From positions 143,904,001-143,968,000 of the forward strand of contig NC_058368.1 in NCBI RefSeq assembly GCF_018350175.1: 64,000 nucleotides of DNA. Direction: 5' to 3'. Source of the DNA: Felis catus (taxonomy: Eukaryota). Of this stretch, positions 1-14,099 are shown piece by piece. The first letter of the stretch is position 1. Each line of letters begins with the position of its first letter. The notes below the pieces were generated by a model. It did no database searches. It saw only the letters and a list, made by a program, of their open reading frames with translations, and had not been told where the DNA came from. The position numbers and the translations under genes were made by a program.

Positions 1-161
1 GCTGCCAGTGAAGTGGGTACCCCCACCCTCCATGGAGACCAAGGAATCAGCACTGTGCCTGAGTTCCCAGGTGGGAAGCTGAGGGGTGAGGGAGGATGGC
101 AATAAAGTAGGAAATAACTGAGAAACCTTTCTGGACCCAGACTTGCTGGTGATGGTGGGAG

Positions 162-542
162 TGTAAGCGTTAAATTGTAGTGTAGGGCTAACCTGTAGCC
201 TTGAAAAATAACAGCTTTGGTTGACACTGTAGGCTAAGAGATAACAGCCTTGTTTTAAAAGGGGCGCCAGAGGCAGCGTCAAGGAGGTCAACTGGTTGCG
301 GCTTTAGGGCAGAACTGTTTCCACCCCCATCTGGGAACTATTTCTTTTTTCTGTTCCCAGGTGATGATAAGACGATGTGGTCGACTATAAAAACTGTACC
401 CCAGCTGTTCGAGGCTGCACTCTGACCAAGATCAAGAGTGTCAGTCCTGATCCGTCAGCCTTGCCACTCGTTGCAATAAACTTTGCTGTGACAGTCACTG
501 GTGCCCGTAGCATTCTGTTTCAGGAGTCATGTGGATGCAACA
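162..542 (+). mobile_element. Solo ERV LTR (ERV1-class, relatively young)
   Basis: TG...CA termini, perfect 4-bp TSD GGAG (158-161 and 543-546), TATAAAAA at about 386, AATAAA at 475-480, many CpGs retained. Confidence 0.85.
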
Positions 543-3500
543 GGAGGAGGCCTGGGGAAACTTCACCTACTCTCAATTAATTAGGTATACAGGCAGAGGG
601 CAAGCAGAAAGAACACATCACAACCATTCATGGAATGGAATACCAGGAATCAGAAGGTGATATTTAGCTTGCTTTTTCATGTACAAACATGTTGGGATTT
701 TATAGGCCATATATAATCATGTTCTGCTGTAAAAACTTATCTAGTTTTTCAGAATACTCCGTAAGGGACACCAGACTTTACAGAGGATGCCCACTCCGAG
801 AACAAGTCTGAGAGTCAATGCTCTGATCAAATTAAAACTCATTTTGCAGACTAAATTCCAGGTTACCCTTAGGCATCCAGGAGACCTTGAAATGAAGCAA
901 TCCAAAGCAGGAAAAACAAAACAAAACAAAAAGTAGTTGTCAGACATACATGGAGAAACCCGGAAGATTTAAACCTTTGATGATACAACTGCCCATTCAA
1001 CAACTAGAAAGGAAGAAGGCATGATGCAGAAATTCTAGCCAATGTCCAGTCTTCCCAAAGAAGGCAAGGAAGAAACTGGGGAAATACTGAGAAAACTTAG
1101 AACAAAATGGGTAACAGAAACAATGCTAACATAAGCAACTGACAAGTTTGTTACGAACACAATTTAGTGAGTACCTATTCTGTGCATCATATACTTTACT
1201 CAACTCTTTACATGTTATAGAATTTAATGTTCACCATAACCCTATGGTGTTATCCAGCTCTATTATGCATGAGAAAGTTGATCAAATAACAAAGACACAC
1301 CCAGTAAATGAAAGAACTGGGGTTTCTGCTTCAGTTGGGTGCCTTCTAAGTCAATTTCTTCCCACTGCTTTATAATGTTTAATTATCAGTGTAATACCTT
1401 TGCGAGGGGCTGGGAGGGTGGGGAAAGATGGGGGGGCTCGGTTAACAGGAACTGCCCCTTGGTATTCTACACGATGCATTTCTGGAAATTAGAAAAAGGC
1501 ACAGCATGAGCAAGCCAGCAGGCATAGCATCTCAGCTCCCACCTTCCCTCTCAGCTGGTTACCTTTGCGTAGTACTACGCAACCTTATATGGTGGCCCTA
1601 GGGCTAATGCTTCCCCAAGCTGCTGCCTGACCGGCTTAATCCTACTGGCTGGATTAAGTTCCTTTTATAAACTGTCTTAACTTCATAAAACTAATCACAC
1701 TGGAATTAGGTCTCTTGGGAATGATTTAGTTAAAATCTGTCCCCCTCACTAGACTCTATATTTCATCAAAGCAAAGACTGTCCATCTCATTCTAGGCAAT
1801 GTCTGCAGTGCCTCGCCTGAGGCCTGCAACAAAGCAGGTGCTCTGTAAATATCTGTTGAATATTTCAAAAGCTCATTGTCTACCAGGAGAGACAGAACTC
1901 TTATTGAAGTAACTGGTATGAGATGGACCGGCAGAGAGCTAAATGAATGGTGCAGCCCCCCAAGAGGGAGATGCTACTTCGAACTGAGGTCATCAAGGAT
2001 GCTCGCGAGACAGGTCGTGTTTTATTTTGCCTGCTTATTTGTTTTTTTATTAGCGCCAAATGTCTGACATAGACCAAAGTCAAATATAAAAATATTTCTA
2101 CCACCTAAGAGAAGGCATTTGCCTCTTAATTTTTTTTTTTTTGTTTCATTTCATTTTATTTTTTTCAAGTAAGCTCTATGCCCAACATGGTCAGCTTGAA
2201 CTCATGGCCCCAAGATCAAGAGTCACAAGCTCTACCTACCGAGCCAGGCAGGTGCTCCTCTCTTTTCATTTTAAAGATTATAATGGCAGGTAGGCCTATT
2301 ATGGAATCAGAACTGTGTGAATTCTATGTTCCAGGGGCCTGTACCCTGACTTCATTCACTCGCAAGGGCTGAACTCTTTGCTGAGGCCTGTACTTACTTC
2401 CCGCATGAGGCTAAACGCTCCATTCTTACACTCCCATCAAAGGGTTACACTTGGGGATGTCTGGGTGACTCAGTTGGTTGAGCGTCCCGACTCTTGGTTT
2501 TGGCTCAGGTCATGATCTCACCATTCATGAGTTCAAGCCCTGTGTTGGGCTCTGAGCTGACAGTGCAAGCCTGCTTGGGATATTCTCTCTCTCTCTCTCT
2601 GCCTTCTCCCTCCCTCTTGCTCAAAAAGAAACATTTAAATATATACATATGTATGTATACATATAAATTTTTTTTCAAGGGTAACACTTGGATCATGCCT
2701 TCACAAACTTCCTCTTGTTCTATCCTGTTAACCACCCTACATAATGGGCAGGCAGAGTAGCATTATTCCCATTATAGACTTGAATTCAAAGCCTAGGTAA
2801 GTTACATCCCTTTCAGAATTCATTCTTATTCTAACATAGCACAGTGCAAGGATAAGGGTAATGAGCAGCAAAACCTTGACGGCACCAAGGAGAGAGTGGA
2901 GATCGCTAACACTAGAAAAGGCAGTTGAGATAACTTCAATACTGCCTTGAGAGCATAGGTTTATTTCCTGTGCAGGTATAATATGCAGTTGCATATGTAA
3001 GCATGTTTGTGCACGGAGCACGTGAATTCAAGAAGGGCAAACAAACTTTGCAGCAAGTTCCACAATTTAAGCAGAGAATTCCATAACTTAAGGCAGAGAA
3101 TTATATGCTGCGCTGCTACTAAACACTGATAATTAAAGATGAGACTGTCTCAGGCAACCGGATCCTTCTACCCTGTACTCATTATAAATAATACTTACCT
3201 ACCATTTCTTAAACACTTCCTCTGTATCAAGGCACTGCAGTAAGGTGCTTCCGTGACATTCCTCCATTTAATCTTCAAAAGAGCCCTATGTTGTAAGTGT
3301 CACAATCCTCATCTTACACATGAGGAAACCTGACTTTGATTTCAACGACCAGGAGGATTCCAAAAACAGTTCTGCTACATCATCACATCTCCAGGAGACC
3401 TGGAGTGCAGGGTTTTGAAGCCTCCTGCACCTGACCCCACAGAGGTACATAAAATCAAGAGACGGTAAAGCAGAGTGATACATGCACGTAAGGCCAGAGG

Positions 3501-4029
3501 CAGAGCCCGCTGGACCCGCATCTTCCTGATCTGCGCCCACCACTCCAATGGCTTGCTGTAAGAACACAGACAGACACAGCCTCTGGCATCCCCGTGTTTC
3601 TGGAAGGCATTCTTCACTCTTCTTATAAATTCTGGCATAATACTAATACTTTAAATAACAAAAAACTGTGTTATGTATTTTCCAGGTGCCAGGCAGGGTC
3701 CTAAGTTCTTGGCATAGATTCATATTTTTTTTTTCCTAAAGATGTTTTTATTTTTAAGTGATCTCTACACCCAATGTGGGGCTCGAACTTACAACCCTGA
3801 GACCCAGAATCATATTCTCCACCAACTGAGCCAGCCAGGTGCCCCAGCATAGACTCAATTCATCCTCACAACCTCACAAGATAGATACTCATTTAACCAT
3901 TTTTTCATTGGCATTTTTGCCATTTTTCACAAATGAGAAAGTATCACTTAATTTTTTGGCATGAAAACTTATATAAGCTATAGGGACTCTAAAAAGGTAT
4001 TGGAAAGACAGAATAGTACAGTAGCCATG

Positions 4030-4420
4030 TGGTAAAAATAAAACCACAGGCCCAAAATGGTGTCACTTAGATTAAGACCCCAGGTTAGTAAACCAAGACT
4101 TAATAATACCTAACCCAACTGCAGTGTTAACTCCCCGGAAATGTAACCTTTAACCAATCAACATAGAATTTCCTGACCAGCACCAGGAAGTTTACTGACA
4201 GATCCCTTCCACTCCCCTTAGGAAGGGGACTTTGCCTAAATCAATGGATTCTCTGCTAGTAATTTCCTTTTTTCCACTCCTTGTCTACCTTTAAAAACCT
4301 TTCCTTTTCTCTAGCCATTTGAGCTTCCCTCTATTTGCTTGATCAGATGTCACCCTTCATGAATGGATGAATAAAGCCAAATCTTTAAAATGGACTTGGT
4401 TGAATTTCTGTTATTTAACA
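4030..4420 (+). mobile_element. Solo LTR, carnivore ERV1-like family A, copy 1
   Basis: Begins TG..AAAACCACAGGCCCAAAATGGTGTCACTTAG, has AATAAAGCCAA and ends TTTAACA. Homologous to 22615-22985. Confidence 0.8.
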
Positions 4421-7400
4421 AAAGACACAGAAAAAGAAGGTAGATTCCACTTTGTCACACATGAGAAAGCTGAGGCAGATAGAAGTGAAGGAAATTTCCT
4501 ACAGTCCTGAGGTATGAACTCAGTCAGCAATGCCCTAAAACTTACCCAGACTTCTCCAGTGCCATCTCTAAAATGGAGCAGCCATCAAGATCTGCAGACA
4601 TACACGCTCGTGATAAAATTATGTTCTACAGGGAGAGGTGATGTTCAAAAAGTTTCTAGCAATTATTTGGGGCCCCAGTTAAAAATGCCGACACTGGGGC
4701 ACCTGGAGTGATTCAGATCGGTGTCTGACCCTTGACTTTGTGATCTCACGGTTCTTGAGTTTGAGCCCAGCATCAGCCTCTGGGCAGTCAGCACAGAGCC
4801 CACTTTGGATTCTCTGTCCTCCTCTCTCTACCCCTCTTCTGCTCATGCACTCTCTCTCTCAAAAATAAACAAACATTTAAAAAAAAAAAACAACTTTTTT
4901 TTTAATGCAGACACTAAGCATAAAATAGAGTGAAACCAAGCTTGGCACTTGTAGTGAGTCTAGAATCCAACCCATAATCCAAGTCTCCTGTACCATCAGC
5001 CGCCTTCTTTCAACTCGTAAGTACAGAATTTTACAGGTGCTTCCGTTTTCATTCATTATGATTCTGTACAAAACGTCCATTTCTAAAATGTCCCATGATT
5101 CACTTTTCCCATTGCTAATACTAGAATACCTTCCACTCCTTCTAAGATACATAGGAAATTAACTATTACAACTTGATTCAAAAGCAAAAGACAGAAAACA
5201 AAAATTATACGTAGGCTTAAAGCAAATTTAGTGATAAGTTCAGAAAATTCCCTTTCCCTCAAAACACCACCTTCCAAGATCATGGATCGTATAAAAATTA
5301 CCATACATATATATATTTTTTTTATTTATACATATCACCTGAAGACTTTACATACATAGAAACAAATTTTTGCCAATTTAACATCTTGGAATCATCTCTT
5401 TTCAGACTGCATGAAATAAAATAGTTTTGCGACCAACCTTGAAGTTGGCAAATAACTGAAAAATGATTAATAGGGGCGCCTAGGTGGCTCAGTCAGCTAA
5501 GCATCCAACTTTGGCTCAGGTTAAGATCTCATGGTTCATGGGACTGAGCCCCATGTCCAGCTCTGTGCTGACCGCTCAGAGCCTGGAGCCTGCTTTGGAT
5601 TCTGTGTCTCCCTCTTCTCTCTGCCCTTCCCCAGTTCACACCCTGTCTCTGTCTCTCTCTGTCTCTCAAAAATAAAGTTAAAAAAGAGACTGAAAAATGA
5701 TCAAAAGAAACAAATAAGAATTTGAACTCCCCTGCATTAAACATTTGTAGTTTAAGTCAACACTATAAAAGAGTAAAAGTGAACAACAGAAACTTGCTCC
5801 CTAACGTAAGGCAGAATCTCTTAGCCAGCGAGGCAATACGAAACACAGTTCCCCCATGATCAAAGTTATGATGATGAACATCTGTAAGGATTACAGGAGA
5901 TCAGCCCTCTAAAGTGCTTATTTATCAGCCTATGTGCCTGGCACATAAATCAGTGTTCTACAGCAGCTTATATTAAATGCTCCAGGGGTGCCTGGGTGGT
6001 TCAATCGGTTAAGCGACTGACTCTTGATTTTGGCTCAGGTCATGAGTTCATGGTTTGTGGGTTCAAGCCCCAAGCTGGGCTCCACACTAACAGTGCGGAT
6101 TCTCTCTCTCCATCTCTCTCTGCCCTTCTCCCGCTTGCAAGCTCGCACACACTCTCTCTCAAAATAAATAAACTTAAAAAAAATAATAAACGCTCATTCC
6201 ATTCACTATAAGGTTATTTAACTACTCTGTGCCTTGGTCGCCTCATGTACAAAATAGAAATAATAGTATTTCCCACATCACGGGATTATTGGGATAGAAA
6301 AGGTATTCAAAGCCCTTACAACAATGTTAGTGACCGGTATTATTCTTAGTGTTCTTAAAAAGGAAGAAGCTTGGAGATTTACAGGACTAGGATGTGAACC
6401 TAGCTACTCCAAAGCAGCTATCATCTCATTTCCTCTCACTCAACATGAAGCTGACGCTTAGGAAGACTTCCCTGGTTGCCAGCTTGCTTGCCAACACTCA
6501 AGGAAACTCCCAGTGGTTCCCTTCCTCCCAGCAGCTCAACCTGCTCCAGGAACATGCAGCTCAAGCACTCTTAGCCCCGTCACCCAAAGGTCACATCTGA
6601 CCAAAAAGCGAAACCCCTCAGTGTTCCTGTTTGTCAATGTTTTCCAGAGAGGGCTTGGGGGATGGTGGGAGCATAGGGAGCGGTAGGTTAGAGCTATCTA
6701 AAAAATTACAACAAAGGCAACCACACCCATTTGTGCAGCACTCAGTTCCAAGTGCTCTGATGGCTCTGTTATATGTGGACAATCTCTCCCAACTCAGGAG
6801 GCAGTTACTTTTATTATTATCTCCACTGTAGCAATGACATACTTGGGCTTGAGAAAATAAGTCACCCAAGGTCACAGCTCATTAGGGGTGAGGACAAGGG
6901 CCAGACCCAGACGTGACTTCAAAGCCAGCCCTCTTCAACTAAAAAAGAAAGTCAGCATTCTTAACCACCTAACCAGGTGAATATAGAAAATATAAAAGGG
7001 GGGCACCTGGCTGGCGCAGTCAGTAGAGCATGCAACTCTTGATCTGAGTCATGAGCCTGAAACCCATGTCTGGGGGTCGAGATTACTTAAAAAAAAAAAA
7101 AAAAAAAAAAAAAGCTAAGGAAAAAGGTAATAGCACTTTAAGAAATTATTATTTTGGAAAACTGAATGAAAATTCATTTTCCAATTAACTTATTTTTTTA
7201 ATGTTTTATTTGTTTTAGAGAGAGAGAGACAGAGCACGAGCGGGGGAGGGGCAGAGAGAGAGGGAGACACAGAGTCCGAAGCAGGCTCCAGGCTCTGAGC
7301 TGTCAGCACAGAGCCCGACTCGGGGCTCAAACTCAGGAACGGTGCGATCAGGACCTGAGCTGAAGTTGGACGCTCAACCGACTGAGCCACCCAGGCACCC

Positions 7401-7789
7401 CAACTTATTTTTTGATAAGTGAAAATATCAAATAAAGAACCAGCTACTGTTCCATATGGCAAGGAAGTGCACTTTAATCCTGACAACTCCATTACCCAGG
7501 AGCAGTTTAACTGTGATGTATGAATGGCCCCAGTTTCTACTGCTGCAGTATTTATATTCTGTGATTTGCACAAAGAAAATCATTTCTCACGCCTCTAACA
7601 ACAGCCTTGTGTTACTTATAATTAAAGCACTGTAATATTTAACCTCATGATCACACAGAGATGAGTCAACCATCTAAGAGTGACTAGTCACCAGTCACCA
7701 AACTGCAATTTCCAGCCCACTGATTGACGGTCCCACTGTGTCTAAATCCCAGATGAATAATTCCTCCAATGTATAGTCAATTTTTAGAA

Positions 7790-8980
7790 ATTAATTGAAT
7801 TGAGAGGCCAGAAATAAATCCTAACATTTATGGTCCAATGAATTTTTGACAAGTGGGCCAAGATGATTCAATGGAGAAAAAAAGAGTATTTTCAAAAAAT
7901 GATGTTGGAACTGGGCTGCAAATGCAAAAGAATGAAGTTGGACCCCTTTCTTATGCCATACGCTAAAATTAACTCAAAATGTACCCAAGACCTAAATGTA
8001 TTAGTGAAAACTATGAACCTGTTAGAACAAAACACAGCACTAAATCTTCATGACCTTGAGTTAGGTAAAAATTTCTTAGGTACAAAACCAAAAGCATAAG
8101 CAATGAGAGAAAAAATAGATAAACTGAACTACATTGATTAAAATATTTTATACTACAAATGATATCATCAAGAAAGTGAAAAGAAACTCCCAGAGTAACA
8201 GAAAATATCTTAAATTACCTACCTTATAAGGAGTTGGTATCTAGAATATATGAAGAACTTATAAAATTCAGTAATAAAATGGGCACCTGGGTGGCTCAGT
8301 CGGTTAAGTGTCCAACTTTGGCTCAGGTATTGTGGGTTTAAGCCCTATGTTGGGCTTTGTGCTGACAACTCAGAACCTGAAGCCTGCTTTGGATTCTGCA
8401 TTTGTCTCTCCTCTATCTACCCTTCCCTGCACTCTGTCTCTTTCTCAAAAAGAAATGAACACTTAAAAAAAATTGTTTTTTAATTCAGTAATTTAAAAAA
8501 AAAGCCCAGTTTAGAAATGGGCAAAGGATCTGAACAGACATTTCTCCAAAGATATACAAATGGTTAGTAAGCACCTGAAAAGATGTTCTACATCATCGCT
8601 CATCAGGAAAATGCAAACCAAAATCAAAATGAGATGCCACTTCATACCCACTAGGGTGACTCTAGTTTTAAAAAAACTTTTTTTAGGGGCGCCTGGGTGG
8701 CTCAGTTGGTTAAGCGTCCGACTTTGGCTCAGGTCATGATCTCACAGTCCGTGAGTTCAAGCCCCGCGTCGGGCTCTGTGCTGACAGCTCAGAGCCTGGA
8801 GCCTGCTTCAGATTCTGTGTCTCCCTGTCTCTCTGACCCTCCCCCATTCATGCTCTGTCTCTCTCTGTCTCAAAAATAAATAAACATTAAAAAAATTTTT
8901 TTTTGTTTTTAAAAAAACTTTTTTTAATTTAAAAAAAAAAAGGACAATAATGACAGTTGGTGAGAATGTGAGGGGACACA
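7790..8980 (+). mobile_element. Old L1 ORF2 3' fragment with SINE insertions
   Basis: Degenerate L1 ORF2 peptide CKRMKLDPFLMPYAKINSK..DLNV (ORF 7863-8099). Confidence 0.85.
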
Positions 8981-9102
8981 CAGGGACACCTGGGTGGCTT
9001 AGTAAGTTGAGCATCTGACTTTTGATTTTGGCTCAGGTCATGATCCCAGGGTGGTGTGATCAATCTCAGTACAAAGCCTGTTTAAGATTCTCTCTCTCTC
9101 TT

Positions 9103-9332
9103 GGGGCGCCTGGGTGGCGCAGTCGGTTAAGCGTCCGACTTCAGCCAGGTCACGATCTCGCGGTCCGTGAGTTCGAGCCTCGCGTCAGGCTCTGGGCTGA
9201 TGGCTCAGAGCCTGGAGCCTGTTTCTGATTCTGTGTCTCCCTCTCTCTCTGCCCCTCCCCCGTTCATGCTCTGTCTCTCTCTGTCCCAAAAATAAATAAA
9301 CGTTGAAAAAAAAAAATTAAAAAAAAAAAAAA
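9103..9332 (+). mobile_element. Young feline Can-SINE
   Basis: tRNA-derived head, (CT)n region and A tail, TSD AAGATTCTCTCTCTCTC; nearly identical to the copies at 12514, 27587 and 60770. Confidence 0.95.
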
Positions 9333-9535
9333 AGATTCTCTCTCTCTCCCTCCCTCTCCCTCTGCACCTCTCCCCAACTCACACACATGCTCTTTCTCTC
9401 TCTCTCAAAATTAATAAACATTATGGGGTGCGTGGGTGGTTCAGTCAGTTAAGTGTCTGACTCTGACTCTTGATTTCCACTCAGGTCATGATCTCAAAGT
9501 TCATGGGTTCAAGTCTCACATCGGGCTCTGGGTGT

Positions 9536-9566
<31 letters not shown>

Positions 9567-10559
9567 GCCGCTTCCCTGCTCTCTCTCAAAATAAATAAAC
9601 TTAAAAAAAATAATAAATAAATGTTAAAAAAAACAATTAAGTATTATTTTTAAAAAGAAACAGGGAAGTGGGGGGGGGGACAACCTCAAATCATGACTTT
9701 TTTCAATTTTTTTTAATGTTTATTTTATTTTTGAGAGAGAGAGAGAAAGAGAGGCAAAGCATGAGCAGGGGAGGGGCAGAGAGAGGAAGACACAGAATTC
9801 GAAGCAGGCTCCAGGCTCTGAGCTGTCAGCACAGGGGCCAACGAGAGGCTTGAACTCACAGACCCCAAGATCATGACCCGGGCTGAAGTCGGATGCTTAA
9901 CCGACTGAGCCACCCAGATAGTATCCCCATGATTTTTTTTTTAAAGTTGGATATTTCACACCAGAAAAGTAAAAGCTTAGGCATTTCTCCAACTCCACTT
10001 TAAGAATAAAAATGAAACTATGAGATTTTTTTTGAACACCTGTTAATTTAAACAGGAATATAGTGTCCCCAAGGACAAATTCCTAGTGCTTGGAAAAGCT
10101 GAAATTGTTTCATGTGCTTAACTTATTGGTCAGCTATAAAATGCTTTGTAAAGTTTACATAAAGTATTTCATGGACCTTTCAACATTTAGTTTTCTTAAG
10201 AGACTGTACAATGGCAATGGATGATATTGGAGCTCCCATTTCTCCAACAATTTTCTTGTCATATCAAAGCAGCCCTCTCAATGCATCCTAATAATCCACA
10301 GCCAGCTGGAGACACTTACAAAAACTGATTTGACAGTTTAACTATAATCTTCTTTTTTTTCTAGCTCTATTCACTTTAGTATACTTTAGTTATGAAAAAT
10401 CTATATTTACATATGCAACTTATGGATAATGCAGATACACTACATATCTGTACCAACTGTGCAGCCAAATTAATCATCTCAGTTTCCTGTCTTAATGTAA
10501 AAATGAGTTAAATCTATTATGTCTAAACCCATTTCATATATATAACATATATACTACCA

Positions 10560-12200
10560 CCACCATCTCCTTGAGGGGTAGAGGTAGTATCAAGAATGAA
10601 AACAGTGCCAGAAAACGCAATTATACAACATGTTGAAATTCACACATTTGTTTCAGTTTGCTACAATCTAAGACTGAAAATTTTGAAAGTAACCAACACA
10701 TGCTCACAATAAATTCAAACAGCACATCAAGATATCAAATGAAAAACAAATGCTCCCTACATTATCCCCTACCGCCCAACCTCCTGTTCTTACTCCAAAG
10801 CAATAACCACGGTTGACAGTTTCTATATATATCTTGTATATATAACAGTACATAGTCCTCCATATGTAACAGTTTCTACACATGACAACAGGTCTTTAAA
10901 ACGCTCAGAAATTTTTATGCATATACAAATGCTGACATACTTACATACATATGTGCCTATTCCTTTTGAACCCCTGTACATTGGTTTCATTATATACACA
11001 CTTTTCTTTAATCCCTATTAAACACCACATCTTAGACATCTCTCCCTGTCTGCATACACACATTTACCTCATTTTTTTAGTGGCGACCTAATATTCCATT
11101 GATGGAAGACTAATAAATTTTTTTAAATCAGTTTTCATGATTAATGATGAATTAAGATGTTCCACGTTTACTTCCAATACAAAAAAACAGTAGAATTACT
11201 AGATCCACGAACACAGACCAATTTAATGATGATTCAAAATGATTATGCTAATTTAAATATTCCTTCAGAAATGAATGAGCCATGAACCCACAAAGGTTGG
11301 TTTCTCTATCACCTTGTCAACTCTGGGTATTATACTTCTTTTTTTTTATGTTTATTTATTTATTAGAGAGGGAGAATCCCAAGCAGGCTCTGCACTGTAC
11401 GGGGCTTAATCCCAGGAGCAGTGAGATCATGACCTGAGCCAAAATCAAGAGTCAGATGCTTAACCAACTGGGCCACCCATGTACCCCAAGGGTATTATAC
11501 TTTTTAACTACCAATCTGATTAGTGAAAAAATATCTCCATTTTTAATTGAATTTTTAAATTATGAGTAAGACTGTTGGGGCACCTGGGTGGCTCAGTCGG
11601 TTAAGCATCCAACTTCAATTCAGGTCATGATCTCACAGTTCGTGGGTTCAAGCCCCGTGTCGGGCTCTGTGGTAACAGCTCAGAGCCTGGAGCCTGCTTC
11701 AAATTCAGTGTCTTCCTCTCTCTCTGCCCCTTTCCCGTCATGCTCTGTCTCTCAAAAATAAATAAACATTAAAAAAACTTTTTTCTTTTAGTTATGAGTA
11801 AGACTGAGCACCTTCTCACATACTTACCAGCTATTCCCATTTTTTTTTCCCTAAGGTATCTATCCCTACCCTTTGTCCATTTTTCCACTGTGTGTCTTTT
11901 CCACTGATTTATAAAAACTCTTTTGGCACACTAAGGAAAACAGACCTTTTTCCTATAAATCACTTCGTTCAACTTTATTTATCTTTTACTCAGGACAAGT
12001 TCCTAAACTTTTGTATAGTCAAATTCATCAATTTGTTTTATGTATCTTCCATCACAACTAGAAAAACCTTACGCATTCCAAGATCATTATTTTAGAAGAT
12101 CACTAATCTTTTCTTTTAAGACTTTTTTGGATCCCTTTAACCTACTTTAATATGGTTAAATATTAGAGCTATACATTATCTATTCTGATGTACAGGGCAT
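10560..12200 (-). mobile_element. Very old L1 (L1ME-like) 3' region
   Basis: T-rich, degenerate antisense L1 motifs, e.g. ACTGAGCACCTTCTCACATACTTACCAGCTATT. Confidence 0.6.
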
Positions 12201-12513
12201 GGATCAAACCTCAAAAGAGGCTTATTCACAACTTAGAATTTGGGTACTGTTATCCCAACAAAGAGTGCCAGCCCACCCCTAACAGGGAACATTTATGAAC
12301 CCACATTCTGAATCTGTTCCAAGTGCAAAATCCTATGAAGATATCAGTGACTACATTTCACAGGTAAGTAAACTAAAGGACCAATGAAAGGCACACCAAT
12401 GGTAAGGGGCAGAGACTACATCTAAACTCAAGCTGCCCATCACAGCTACTCAACTATACTGCCTCTGGACTATCAACAACAACAACAAAAAAGCCTTTTT
12501 AAAATGCACACCA

Positions 12514-12715
12514 GGGCGCCTGGGTGGCGCAGTCGGTTAAGCGTCCGACTTCAGCCAGGTCACGATCTCGCGGTCTGTGAATTCGAGCCCCACGTCAGGC
12601 TCTGGGCTGATGGCTCAGAGCCTGGAGCCTGTTTCCGATTCTGTGTCTCCCTCTCTCTCTGCCCCTCCCCCGTTCATGCGCTGTGTCTCTCTGTCCCAAA
12701 AATAAATAAACGTTG

Positions 12716-12740
<25 letters not shown>
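12514..12740 (+). mobile_element. Young feline Can-SINE
   Basis: Same subfamily; TSD TAAAATGCACACCA. Confidence 0.95.
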
Positions 12741-12747
<7 letters not shown>

Positions 12748-13881
12748 ATGCACACCAGAAAGGGGCACCTGGGTGGCCTCAGTCCATTGAGCTTCTGACT
12801 TTGGCTCAGGTCACGATCTCACAGTCTGTGAGTTCGAGCCCCATGTTGGGCTCTGTGCTGACAGCCTGCTTCAGATTCTGTCTCCCAGTCTCTCTGACCC
12901 TCCCCCATTCATGCTCTGTCTCTCTCTGTCTCAAAAATAAATAAACATTAAAAAAATTTTTTTTAATGCACGCCAGAAATAGGTCTAAATGAATTCTCTC
13001 TCCCACGATAAAGCATGTTTTTTCCTTCTCCTATCAAACATAAGCTCATTTAACTGGCATATCTAAAGCACTAAATCTTAATATAATACTTCTGAGTAAC
13101 ATTTAAAGCAAACCACATCCGGGTGCCTGGGTGGTTCAGTCAGTTAAGCGCCCTGCTCTTGATTGCAGCTCAAGTCATGATCTCCCGGTTCGTGGGTTCC
13201 AGCCTGCTTAGGATTCTCTCTCTTCGCCCCTCTCCCTCCCACTGTCTCCCCCTCCCCCCAAATAAATAAATAAACTTTATTTTTTTATGTTTATTTATTT
13301 TTGAGACAGAGAGAGACAGAGCATGAATGGGGGAGGGTCAGAGAGACAGGGAGACACAGAATCTGAAGCAGGCTCCAGGCTCTGAGCTGTCAGCACAGAA
13401 CCCAACGCAGGGCTTGAACTCACGGACCGTGAGATCATGACCTGAGCCGAAGTTGGACGCTTAACCGACTGAGCCACCCAGGCGCCCCATAAACTTTAAA
13501 AAATAAAACAATTAAGTAAACCACATCCAGGGGTGCCCAGCTGGCTCAGTGGGTAGAACATGCGACTCGATCTCAGGGTCATGAGTTCGAGCCCCACATT
13601 GGGTGTAGAGATTACTCAAAAATAAAATCTTTAAAAAGTTTTTTTAAATAAAAAATAATAATAATAAAGTAAACCACATCCAAAGTACAACCTGCCATCA
13701 TTGTGTCAAATTTTTACTGTATTTCCTTTATGTCAAGGTGGTGCTGTGGGAGAGAATAATCTACTTTGCTTGTGTCCTTTTTCATCTCTATAGCTGTACC
13801 ACACTGGGGAGGATTTTCAGTCTGTTTTGCAAGAACTCTAACCTGTATGAAAAAGAAAAAAAAAATCAAGCCCAGAGCATT

Positions 13882-14099
13882 CAGTAGTTCTTATCTAGGC
13901 AGCACCAGGCCATCCTCCTGGGGCTTTGTGGGTCACAGGTCATAAAGGTGGGGACAGTATTTTCACAAAGGCTGGTGAGTGCTACTGACATCTGAGGGTT
14001 ATTAATAAGAATGCTATATATCAGCTCTTCATAAGAGTCCCTCACAAGAAAGAACTGACGTACCCAACATACCAATAGCACTGCCCTGGGACACACTAG
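13882..14099 (+). mobile_element. MER20-like hAT DNA transposon
   Basis: CAGTAGTTCTT start, GTGCTACTGACATCT and CCTCACAAGAAAGAA..CCAATAG motifs. Confidence 0.6.
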
